This document shows positions 55,568-63,667 of a DNA stretch of 64,000 nucleotides, piece after piece. The DNA lies in assembly GCA_004297395.1 (NCBI GenBank), contig SCUO01000038.1, forward strand, positions 6,154 through 70,153. Direction: 5' to 3'. Made by a program: the position numbers and the translations under genes. The stretch is from Chloroflexota bacterium (lineage in GTDB: Bacteria; Chloroflexota; Limnocylindria; Limnocylindrales; CSP1-4). How positions within the stretch are numbered: position 1 is the first letter of the stretch; each line of letters starts with the position of its first letter. Under the pieces are notes generated by a model, which was not told the DNA's origin, did no database searches, and was given only the letters and a program-made list of their open reading frames with translations.

Positions 55568-56644
55568 GTGGCGGCGCTCCGGGCGCCGCGGCTCGTGCCG
55601 CGGGCCCAGCCGGAAGGGGCCCGGACCGGTGCCGCCCGGCATGCCCACGAACCCGCCCAGGCCCACGACCACGCCCATGCCCACGCCGAGCTGGCGCCCC
55701 ATGGTGGGCGGTACGAGAGCATCCTCGAGGCGATCGGCCACACGCCCCTCGTCGCCGTTCCCCGGATGTCGCCCAACCCGGACGTCCGGATCTACGCCAA
55801 GCTCGAGATGGTCAATCCGACCGGCTCGGTCAAGGACCGCGCCGCCCGGGCCCTCGTCGAAGACCTGGAGGAGCGCGGCGCGATCGGACCGGATTCGATC
55901 ATCCTCGAGCCGACGTCGGGCAACACCGGCATCGCCCTGGCGATGATCGCCCGGCGCAAGGGCTACCGGATCGCCCTGGTCATGCCCGACAACGTGACCC
56001 CCGAGCGGCGCCAGATGGCGGCCCTGTTCGGGGCCGAGATCATCGATTCGCCGGCGGCCCTGGGCTCCAACGGGGCGATCTCCCTGGCCAAGGATCTCGC
56101 CGCGCGAGACTCGCGCTTCGTCATGCCCTACCAGTACGGCAACCCGGCGAACCCGCGAGCCCACGAGGAGACGACGGGGCCGGAGATCCTGGCCGACTGC
56201 CCGGAGGTGGACGTGGTCGTTGCCGGCCTCGGGACCGGCGGCACGCTGATGGGCATCGCCCGCTTCTTCCGCGAAGCCAAGCCGGGCGTCCGGATCGTCG
56301 CGGCCGAGCCGATCCCGGGCGAATCTGTCCAGGGCCTCCGCTCGCTCGACGAGGGCTTCGTGCCCGAGATCCTCGACCCGTCGCTGCTCGATGCCAAGCT
56401 CATCGTGTCGCACCGCGACGCCATCGCCGCGGTCCGCGACCTCATCGCCCTCGAGGGCATCTTCGCCGGGCCCTCGTCCGGGGCTGTGCTCGTGGCCGCC
56501 GCGCGGATCGCCCGCCAGCTCGAGGCGGGCACGATCGTCGCGATCCTGCCCGACGGCGGCTGGAAGTACCTCTCGGCGGGGACATACGCCCGCGATTTCG
56601 ACGAGATGGAATCGGACCTCGAGGGCGGGATCAACTGGTGGTGA
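55568..56644 (+). CDS. cysM: PLP-dependent cysteine synthase (CysM-like, thiocarboxylate-dependent type by context)
   Basis: NPTGSVKDR (PLP Lys), TSGNTG and GLGTGGT. The conserved start region RYESILEAIGHTPLV is preceded by ~45 in-frame codons from GTG 55568, including the His-rich stretch HAHEPAQAHDHAHAHA. CTG 55691 is the only nearer candidate start. Confidence 0.85.
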   Translation: MAALRAPRLVPRAQPEGARTGAARHAHEPAQAHDHAHAHAELAPHGGRYESILEAIGHTPLVAVPRMSPNPDVRIYAKLEMVNPTGSVKDRAARALVEDLEERGAIGPDSIILEPTSGNTGIALAMIARRKGYRIALVMPDNVTPERRQMAALFGAEIIDSPAALGSNGAISLAKDLAARDSRFVMPYQYGNPANPRAHEETTGPEILADCPEVDVVVAGLGTGGTLMGIARFFREAKPGVRIVAAEPIPGESVQGLRSLDEGFVPEILDPSLLDAKLIVSHRDAIAAVRDLIALEGIFAGPSSGAVLVAAARIARQLEAGTIVAILPDGGWKYLSAGTYARDFDEMESDLEGGINWW

Positions 56645-57123
56645 GCCAGGCGGCGTCGGCCGCCACGGCAGGCGCGCACCCGGGGCCAGTGGCCGTCGCG
56701 ATTCCGGCGGCGATCCGCGCCGCAATCGTCGCTCATGCCCGGGCCGAGGCGCCCAACGAGGCCTGTGGCCTCATCGTCGGTGATCGCCCCGCGGCCGCCG
56801 GCGGCCGGGCCCTCCGCTGGGAGCCCACCCGGAACCGGGCGGCGTCGCCGTTTCGCTACGAGATCGACTCGGACGATCTCCTCCGACTGACGATCGCGAC
56901 CGACGACGCCGACGAGGTCTTCTGGGCGATCGTCCACAGCCACGTCGCCTCGCCGGCCCGGCCGTCCGCGACCGACATCGGGCTGGCCTTCTATCCCGAC
57001 GCCCTGTACGTCCTCATCTCGCTGGATCCCGGTGAGGCCGACTCGGCAACTGGAGAGTCCGGCCTCCGGGCCTGGCGGATCGTCGACGGCGCCGTCCACG
57101 AGGTTCGACTCGTGCCCGACTGA
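56638..57123 (+). CDS. mec: JAMM/MPN+ metalloprotease (Mec-like CysO hydrolase)
   Basis: EACGLIVG (Glu) and HSHVASPARPSATD (the HxHx7Sx2D JAMM motif). It overlaps the cysM stop by 7 nt. Confidence 0.85.
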   Translation: MVSQAASAATAGAHPGPVAVAIPAAIRAAIVAHARAEAPNEACGLIVGDRPAAAGGRALRWEPTRNRAASPFRYEIDSDDLLRLTIATDDADEVFWAIVHSHVASPARPSATDIGLAFYPDALYVLISLDPGEADSATGESGLRAWRIVDGAVHEVRLVPD

Positions 57124-57151
57124 CGGGCGCCCTGGGCCGAGGCTTGGGCGA

Positions 57152-57173
57152 GGCCGACCGCACTCGGTCGGCC
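57152..57173. terminator. Hairpin between convergent mec and usp genes
   Basis: ggccgacc-gcactc-ggtcggcc has an 8-bp perfect stem. Confidence 0.45.
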
Positions 57174-57207
57174 GCGCGTTCGGGCTGTCCCGCCGAGATG
57201 CCGAGGT

Positions 57208-58185
57208 TCAGCCGCCCCGGCTCGCCGCCCCGACCGGCGCAGTCGGCTCGGCCGCCGGCACGTTCCGTGCCTCACGGACGACGAGAACGGAGCCATGGGC
57301 CTGGAGGAGCACGTTTCGGGCGACCGACCCCAGGATGAGGCGGGCGAGACCGCCATGGCCCCGCGTCCCGACGACGACGAGCGCGTGGGCACGCGACCGC
57401 GCGAACTCGACGATCCGATCCGCCGGGTCGCCCTCGAGGACGTGCGGGACGGCCGCGAAGCCGGCGCTCCGGAGGCCCTCGGCACTCCGGTCAGCGTGGG
57501 CACGGGTCGCTTCCCGGGCGAGGTCGACATCCCGGGCGTACGAGGCGACGACCTCGTTGTAGAGGCCGGCGGCCATGCCCGCGCTCCAGGGCATGGACGT
57601 CTCGGCGACGGCCACGACGTCGACGGGCAGGCCGCGCAGGGCGGGCCACGTCTGCAGCACGAAGGCCGCCCGGGCCGCGCCGTCCGAGCCGTCGTCGGCG
57701 AAGACGATGGAATCGATGGCGGCGTCGCGGACGACCAGGACCGGGCAGGGTGCGTGGTCGACGACCTCGGCCGAGACCGAGCCCAGGACCATCGAGGCGA
57801 TCGGGCCGTGGCCGCGATTGCCGAGGACGAGCAGGTCGGCTCGCCAGGCAAGCGCCTCCTCGATGATCGACGAGGCGGGGCGCCCGCGAAGGGTCAGCCG
57901 GTCAACCTGGCGCCCGGGCCGTGCGAGCGTTCGCTCGGCGTCATCCAGGGTCACCTCGGCATGGCGAAGGAGCTCCGCCTCGACCGAATCGAGCTCCGGC
58001 GGCGCGGGCGCCATCCACGGCGCGGAGAAGAGCTCGCCGCGTGCTTCCAGGGCGCAGACCACGCTGAACTGGGTACCGTCGGGCCAGGGTAGACGAGCAA
58101 CCAGGTCGCGGGCCCGATCGGCGGAGCGCGACCCGTCCGTGGCGAACAGGACTCGCACGGCAGGCCTCCTATGTGCGTCCATCAT
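57208..58185 (-). CDS. Tandem universal stress protein (two UspA domains)
   Basis: It has two repeats ending in LVLGNRGHG..MVLGSVSAEVVDHAPCPVLVV and VVVGTRGHGGLARLILGSVARNVLLQAHGSVLVV. Confidence 0.85.
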   Translation of the reverse strand: MMDAHRRPAVRVLFATDGSRSADRARDLVARLPWPDGTQFSVVCALEARGELFSAPWMAPAPPELDSVEAELLRHAEVTLDDAERTLARPGRQVDRLTLRGRPASSIIEEALAWRADLLVLGNRGHGPIASMVLGSVSAEVVDHAPCPVLVVRDAAIDSIVFADDGSDGAARAAFVLQTWPALRGLPVDVVAVAETSMPWSAGMAAGLYNEVVASYARDVDLAREATRAHADRSAEGLRSAGFAAVPHVLEGDPADRIVEFARSRAHALVVVGTRGHGGLARLILGSVARNVLLQAHGSVLVVREARNVPAAEPTAPVGAASRGG

Positions 58186-58290
58186 CCGGCGGGCGGTGGC
58201 GCGCGCACCTGTCCGGACGGCCCCATCTCCGCGGTTCGGTCGGCCCGTCCGGCCGGGACGATTCGGGGCCTGCCTCCCTGGCTCGAATGG

Positions 58291-58950
58291 CTACGGGCCT
58301 CGGAATCGGATGACAAGGACGGGTCGGCTCGCGGTTGCCGCGACACTCGCGCGGGCGCCGCCGAGGAGCCGCCTTGCCCACGTCGAGCTGGTGGCGCGGA
58401 CCTCGTCGCCCGTCGCGGCACGGGCCTCGAGCGTCGCCAGGCCGAGGCCCTCGAAGGTCGCCGTCGCGGCCGTGACGACGGCATCCGGCCCGACCGGCAG
58501 GCTCCCGAGCCCATCGCGTTCGGCCGGGGCGAGGAGGAGCTCGAGGGTGCCGCCCGGGGCGACGAGCGCGGCCAGCGCCGCGGCCCCATCGGCGTTCGCA
58601 CCCAGGCAGCCGCGGAGCAGCGATGCCCACGGGAACTGGACGGTGACCCGGGCGGCCAGACCACGCAGGGCCGCCGGGGCAGATTCGACGGCGCTCACCG
58701 CGAAGAGGGCGTTGGGCAGGCCGCCGCGGCCCTCCGGGCGGGCGGCGCGACGCGACGATTCGGCCATCGCCACGGCGACCGCGTCCAGGCCGATGGCCAG
58801 CGTCCGGGGGTCACGGGCCGCGGCGGCAAGCACCGCCCGGCCGTCGCCCGTGCCGGCATCGATCGTCACTCGCTCGAAGCCGGCGACGAGCCTGACGAAC
58901 TACCCGACGTCAACCTCGAGGAGGCGTCGTCCGACGACCGTGGTGAGCAT
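58291..58950 (-). pseudogene. KamB/NpmA-family 16S rRNA (A1408 N1) methyltransferase homologue interrupted by an in-frame TAG at codon 17
   Basis: The reading frame from ATG 58950 gives MLTTVVGRRLLEVDVG-stop-FVRLVAGFERVTIDAGTGDGR..., with the TAG at 58900-58902. Downstream motifs are GGLPNALFAVSAVESAP, FPWASLLRG and SSTWARRL. These match the NpmA blocks DLGTGDGR, GGLSNVVFVIAAAESLP, FPWGTLL and SLWAKRL as I recall them. The total of 219 codons matches the family length. Confidence 0.7.
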
Positions 58951-59052
58951 GGGCCGGAGGATAGCGCCAGGTGACCCGCCCGTCGACACGCCTTGCTGAC
59001 CGGCGACCGGTGGAGCGTCGGGACCTGCCCGCCAGCCCTACACTTCGACCCC

Positions 59053-60648
59053 GTGACCGATCCCGGGGGCGATCGCCCCGACCTCCAGATCCTGCCGTAC
59101 GAGCGCCGCGAGGCCCACGTCCGGGAGTGGGACCCGCGAACCGCGGACGTCGCCGCCACGATCGCGGCGATGGTCCGGCGCCGCCGCCCTGATCTCGTCG
59201 TCGAGCACATCGGCAGCACGGCCGTCCCGGGCCTGCCCGGCAAGGGCATCGTGGACCTGTCGGTCGAGGTCGAGTCTGGCGAGATCCCGGGTGTCGTGGC
59301 GGTCCTCTACGAGCTCGGGCTAGGCCCTCAGCCGGGCCCCGATCCATGGCCGCCCACGCGGCCCATGCTCGTCGGCGCCGTCGTGCTCGAGGGCGAGGAG
59401 TTCCGGATCCATCTCCACGTCCAGCCGGTCGGTGGCGACATGCCGCGCGACCTTGCCTTCCGCGACGCGCTCCGGAATGACCCCGAGCTCATGGGCCAAT
59501 ACGCGCAGCTCAAGACCCAGATCACCGGCGGCCAGGGCGTGGATTCCCTCCGCTACACGCACTCGAAGACGGCCTGGATCCTCGGCGTCTACAAGTCCCT
59601 CGGCTTCCGGGTGCCGGCCGTCCAACCGGCGGCGACGATCGGGATCCTGGGCGGTGGCCGGCATGCCCGGCTGATCGGCCTGGCAGCTCTCGGGCTCGGC
59701 TACCGGGTCGCGGTCCTCGATCCGGATCCGATGTGCCCGGCGGCTTCCGTGGCCGATCGGATCGAGGTCGGGCAGCTCGACGATATCGCGGCGGGCGGGC
59801 GCCTCGCCGCAGGCTGTGCCGTCCTCACCTGTGAGCCCGATCGGGCCGACCTCGAGCTGATCCGGGCCCTTGACGACGGTCGCGTCGTCCTCCGACCCGG
59901 GCCCTACGCCCTGAAGCTGATCCACGACCCGGGCGCCGAGCGGCGTTTCCTCGAAGCCAACGGCGCCGCCGTCGCCCCGTGGCGCGGGCTGCCTGCCACC
60001 GCCCAGCCGCGAGATGCGGCGCGGGGTGCCGGACGGGCCGCTGCGGTCGAGCTGTCGGTCGTCGTCGCCCGCGGTGTCGACGGCGTGGTCCAGGGCTATC
60101 CGATCGCCCGCACGTTCCGCGATCGGGCCGCAATCGTGGAGTCGAGCGCGCCGGCGGACATTCCGGCGCCAACTGCCGCGCTCGCCCTGGCCCTCGCCAG
60201 CAGCCTCGCCACCGGCATGGGTCTGGTCGGGCTGCTGACGGCGGAGGTCTTCCTCATGCCCGACGGCACGCTCGTCGTCGGCGGGCTCGTCCCGGGCGTG
60301 GACGACGGCGGGCTCTGGTCGGTCGAGGCCACCGCGACCGGGCAGCACGAGCAGCACGTCCGGGCGATCTGCGGCCTGCCCCTCGGCTCGACCGACCTCC
60401 GGACCGGAGCGGCCGCGACGGTGTCCCTGCTCGGGATCGGCCCGGAGCGGGAGGCCCGCGTCCGGGGCGCCGAGCTGGCCATGGAGGCTCCCGACGTCCA
60501 TCTCCACCTGTACGGCGAGCGACGCGTCGGAGCGGGTCGCAAGATGGGGCACGTCACCGCGACAGGGGCAACGACATCGATGGCGCTGGCGACAGCCCGC
60601 GCAGCGGCAGCCGCGATTCAATGGGACGAAACGAGGGAGGCAAGCTGA
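59053..60648 (+). CDS. Fusion protein: GrpB (UPF0157) domain + divergent PurK-like ATP-grasp domain
   Basis: GrpB blocks are LQILPY, VEHIGSTAVPGLPGKGIVDL and FRIHLHV. No stop codon separates them from the PurK-like blocks IGILGGG, ELSVVVARG, GLLTAEVFL and GRKMGHVTATG. The start is GTG 59053 or TTG 58993. Confidence 0.7.
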   Translation: MTDPGGDRPDLQILPYERREAHVREWDPRTADVAATIAAMVRRRRPDLVVEHIGSTAVPGLPGKGIVDLSVEVESGEIPGVVAVLYELGLGPQPGPDPWPPTRPMLVGAVVLEGEEFRIHLHVQPVGGDMPRDLAFRDALRNDPELMGQYAQLKTQITGGQGVDSLRYTHSKTAWILGVYKSLGFRVPAVQPAATIGILGGGRHARLIGLAALGLGYRVAVLDPDPMCPAASVADRIEVGQLDDIAAGGRLAAGCAVLTCEPDRADLELIRALDDGRVVLRPGPYALKLIHDPGAERRFLEANGAAVAPWRGLPATAQPRDAARGAGRAAAVELSVVVARGVDGVVQGYPIARTFRDRAAIVESSAPADIPAPTAALALALASSLATGMGLVGLLTAEVFLMPDGTLVVGGLVPGVDDGGLWSVEATATGQHEQHVRAICGLPLGSTDLRTGAAATVSLLGIGPEREARVRGAELAMEAPDVHLHLYGERRVGAGRKMGHVTATGATTSMALATARAAAAAIQWDETREAS

Positions 60649-61148
60649 TGGGCGAGCGTGGCCCGGTCGTCGGGATCGTCGGCGGCAGCCGATCCGACTT
60701 CCCGATCCTCGAGAAGGCGATGGCCCTGCTCGAGATGCTCGAGGTGCCATCCGAGCTGCGAGTCATCTCGGCCCACCGGAGCCCCGACCTGGCCCTCCGC
60801 TACGCCGAGACAGCCGCGGGCCGGGGGATCCGCGTCGTCATCGCCGGCGCGGGCGGGGCCGCCCACCTGGCCGGGGTCATCGCCGCCAAGACCACCCTGC
60901 CGGTGATCGGCGTGCCGATCCCGACGCCACACCTCGGCGGCCTCGATTCGCTCCTATCGATCGTCCAGATGCCGCGCGGCATCCCGGTCGCCACGGTCGC
61001 GATCGGGAACGCCGAGAACGCGGCGATCCTGGCGATCGAGATCCTGGCTCTGTCCGACCCGGCTCTCGCGACGCGGCTCGTCCGCTACCGCGAGGAGCAG
61101 ACCCGGATGATCGTCGAGGACCCCTCGAACGAGGCGCCCCTCGACTGA
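60648..61148 (+). CDS. purE: N5-carboxyaminoimidazole ribonucleotide mutase (class I PurE)
   Basis: gagggagg RBS. The ATG shares 1 nt with the upstream stop (TGATG). Motifs GSRSD, SAHRSP, AGAGGAAHLAG and VQMPRGIPVATV. Confidence 0.9.
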   Translation: MGERGPVVGIVGGSRSDFPILEKAMALLEMLEVPSELRVISAHRSPDLALRYAETAAGRGIRVVIAGAGGAAHLAGVIAAKTTLPVIGVPIPTPHLGGLDSLLSIVQMPRGIPVATVAIGNAENAAILAIEILALSDPALATRLVRYREEQTRMIVEDPSNEAPLD

Positions 61149-61169
61149 CCGCCCGGCTGCGGTGGGTCC

Positions 61170-62096
61170 TCAGTTCGGCCGGGAGCCGGTGGCCTCGTTC
61201 GTCGTGCCACTGCCGTCGCTGCCGGCGAGGTCGGCGGACAGCGTCAGCTCCTCGGCGCCGCGGACGACGACGACCTCGATCGGGCCGGTCGCGCCGGCCA
61301 TCGCCTCGAGCAGGGCGTCGGCATCGGCCACGTCCGCGCCGGCGACCCGGACGATGAGATCGCCCTCCCGGATCCCGGCGCCCGCCGCGGGTGAGCCTTC
61401 CTCGACCCCGCGAACGAGAAGCCCGTCGCGCTCCGGCAATCCCACCGAGCGACGGAGGCGCCGGGCGACGTGGGCTGGGGCGACGGCGATCCCCAGCCGC
61501 GGCCGCTCGACGGATCGGCCGGCAGCGAGGGCCTGGACCCGCTCGCGGAGGCCCGTGTCGGCCGGTCGGGCGAGGTAGAAGCCCTCGCCGACGCGGTGGG
61601 TGTTCAGGCCGACAAGGCGGCCCGCGGCGTCGACGATCGGCCCGCCGGAGGATCCGGGCGCCATCGGGGCGGTGTGCTCGAGGCCGCCGGAGATGCGCCG
61701 GCCACCCGGTCCGCGGAACGCCCGGGCAATGGCCGAGACGGTCCCGACGGTGACCCGGGCGGGGCCGCCGCTCGCGGCCGCAAGGCCGAAGACGACCGCC
61801 CCCACGGTGACCGACCCATCGGCCCAGGCCAGCGCCGGCGCGCCCGCGGTGTCGACTTCGATGACCGCGAGGTCGCCGTCCACGTCCACCCCGGCGATCC
61901 GGCCGCGCAGCATCCGGCCGTCGGAGAACGAAACCGTCGGCTCGTCGCCGCGGAGGTTGTGGGCGTTGGTGAGGACACGGTCGGGACTCACGATGACGCC
62001 GGACCCGCGGATCCGGGCGCCGATGCCGACGACGCTGGGGGAGGCGGCGGCCGCTGCGCCGGTGATCGCGCTGGAGAGATCGTCGAGGATGGACAT
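61170..62096 (-). CDS. Trypsin-like serine protease with C-terminal PDZ domain (HtrA/S1C-like), no obvious signal peptide
   Basis: ATG 62096. Catalytic contexts are TNAHNL (His), DLAVIEV (Asp) and GSSGGPIV (Ser). The PDZ block is GLLVRGVEEGSPAAGAGIREGDLIV. Confidence 0.8.
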   Translation of the reverse strand: MSILDDLSSAITGAAAAASPSVVGIGARIRGSGVIVSPDRVLTNAHNLRGDEPTVSFSDGRMLRGRIAGVDVDGDLAVIEVDTAGAPALAWADGSVTVGAVVFGLAAASGGPARVTVGTVSAIARAFRGPGGRRISGGLEHTAPMAPGSSGGPIVDAAGRLVGLNTHRVGEGFYLARPADTGLRERVQALAAGRSVERPRLGIAVAPAHVARRLRRSVGLPERDGLLVRGVEEGSPAAGAGIREGDLIVRVAGADVADADALLEAMAGATGPIEVVVVRGAEELTLSADLAGSDGSGTTNEATGSRPN

Positions 62097-62113
62097 CGTG
62101 CTGACTCCGATAT

Positions 62114-62130
62114 ACTTGCAAAATGCAAGT
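62114..62130. promoter_or_regulatory. Perfect palindrome acttgca-aaa-tgcaagt in the htrA-like/hxlR divergent region
   Basis: It has 7-bp arms, lies in an AT-rich island in GC-rich DNA, and sits 18 nt from the protease ATG. Confidence 0.5.
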
Positions 62131-62197
62131 GACACGGTACGACCGAATCACGGCAGGCGCAAGCGGCGAGGTCTCGGCCGTCGCCTACCATGCGTCC

Positions 62198-62650
62198 GTG
62201 GCTCGCCCGCCGGACCATCCCGGGACCTACTCGACGCCGCTGGCGGCGGCCCTTGACCGCGTCGGCGACCGCTGGAGCCCCCAGATCGTGGCCGCGCTCC
62301 TGGCGACGCCGCTGCGCTACGGGGAGGTCCAGGCCGCCGTCGCGGGGATCGCCCCGAACATCCTGGCCGACCGGCTCCGGCGCCTCGAGGCCGATGGCCT
62401 CCTGGTCGCAACGGCCTACGCCGAGCGCCCGCCCCGGTTCGAATACCGCCTCACGGCCGAGGGCCGGGCGCTCGCGGGGGCCCTGCGGCTCCTGGCGGAC
62501 TGGGGCGCCCAGCACACCGGGTCCGGCGGGGGCGAGGACGGGATCCTTCGCCACGGGCCGTGCGGGTCGGCCCTGGATGCCCGCTGGTACTGCCCGACCT
62601 GCGGCGACGTCGTCGATATCGATGGCCCCGACGAGGCCCGTCGCGTCTAG
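62198..62650 (+). CDS. HxlR-family transcriptional regulator with Cys/His-rich C-terminal extension
   Basis: LDRVGDRWSPQIVAALL..PLRYGEVQAAVAGIAPNILADRLRRLEADGLLV...PPRFEYRLTAEGRAL is an HxlR wHTH. The tail is HGPCGS...WYCPTCG. Start chosen at GTG 62198 because ATG 62123 lies inside the palindrome. Confidence 0.75.
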   Translation: MARPPDHPGTYSTPLAAALDRVGDRWSPQIVAALLATPLRYGEVQAAVAGIAPNILADRLRRLEADGLLVATAYAERPPRFEYRLTAEGRALAGALRLLADWGAQHTGSGGGEDGILRHGPCGSALDARWYCPTCGDVVDIDGPDEARRV

Positions 62651-62878
62651 GTGTGATTCACGAAGACGTCGGTGACCGACCGCATCTGTCCGGCTGATGC
62701 GTCTGGTTCATCGATCGGCGCCCATCCACGCTCAGCCGACCCTCCGATCCGACAGGAATCGCTCCGGCCACGCTCATCTGCCGCGATTCGATGAGCCAGC
62801 CGCATCGGGACGTCGGAACGAGGAGCCGCGATCGAGGTGGCTCCAGGGCGCCCGGGCTGTCAGCAACGTGTCCGGTCA

Positions 62879-63607
62879 TCACGTCCAGGCGCGCGGAGGA
62901 CCCCGTGGCGGGATCGCCCGGCTGTGCTCCCGAAGGTGGAATCGCAGGTCGAGGACGAGCTTCAGTCCCACCAGCACCAGCATTGCACCGAACGGGACCC
63001 CGAGCATCACCGAGACGAGCGCACCGAAGATGATCGTCGCGTGGAGCACGAGGAGCCGGCCGTACGGCGCCTGGGCCTGTTGCTGCGGTGAGACGAGGCG
63101 GTACTCCCCGCGACCGAGGTAGACGGTCCAGTACGAGATGCCGTGGCTGATCGCCAGCCAGATCGCGCCGAAGGCGACGAGGTCGAGCCTCGCCCGGATC
63201 CCCGGCCCTCCCAACCATGGCTCGAGCGACCCCGGATCCCCGGGCGTCGGCGGCCCGAGCCCGCCCTGGCCGACATCGCCGAACGCCGGCAGGGCGACGA
63301 TGACGAAGATCCCGTGGACGACCCAGAAGATCCCGTAGTGGACCATGAAGAACATGGCCACGCCGGCCCGCGAGATGAGGCGGGCGGCGGCCGGGGCCGA
63401 CGCCGGCACGGGCCCTTCCGCGCGCAGGATCTTGGCGATGTTCCAGAGGCCGACGATGCCGTTCTCGGCCCAGTAGAGGGCCAGGATCGTCCACAGGTCC
63501 CAGCCCCAGAACAGCACCCCCACCAGCGGCACGAGATTGGCGCCGACGAGCGAAGCCACCGCGGTGGCCGTCGACGCGCCGCGGTAGAGCGAGAGGAGCC
63601 GTTCCAT
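62879..63607 (-). CDS. Hypothetical polytopic membrane protein (~242 aa)
   Basis: ATG 63607 (MERLLSLYRG). About 6 hydrophobic helices, including NLVPLVGVLFWGWDLWTILALYWAENGIVGLWN. It resembles an uncharacterised DUF-type family, but I am not certain which. Confidence 0.6.
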   Translation of the reverse strand: MERLLSLYRGASTATAVASLVGANLVPLVGVLFWGWDLWTILALYWAENGIVGLWNIAKILRAEGPVPASAPAAARLISRAGVAMFFMVHYGIFWVVHGIFVIVALPAFGDVGQGGLGPPTPGDPGSLEPWLGGPGIRARLDLVAFGAIWLAISHGISYWTVYLGRGEYRLVSPQQQAQAPYGRLLVLHATIIFGALVSVMLGVPFGAMLVLVGLKLVLDLRFHLREHSRAIPPRGPPRAWT

Positions 63608-63667
63608 CGCCGGGATCGTACCGCCGGTACACTCGGTCGAATGGACGATCCCCGCTGGGAGCCGGGC

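Noticed and set aside
58900-58902. Reading the in-frame TAG of the Kam-like gene as pyrrolysine or programmed read-through, prompted by the MttB-family gene in the same window.
   Set aside because: The MttB homologue (39651..41189) has no in-frame TAG. TAG is used as an ordinary stop by many genes here (e.g. the ends at 6514, 27989, 31330, 35281, 41189, 42567, 45274 and 49944). No pylS/pylT/pylBCD-like genes are visible. A nonsense mutation is the simpler explanation.
62123-62197. ATG 62123 as the start of the HxlR regulator.
   Set aside because: The ATG lies inside the perfect palindrome acttgca-aaa-tgcaagt in the divergent promoter region. The first 25 codons (MQVTRYDRITAGASGEVSAVAYHAS) are not part of the HxlR fold. 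GTG 62198 is the more plausible start, though this is not proven.
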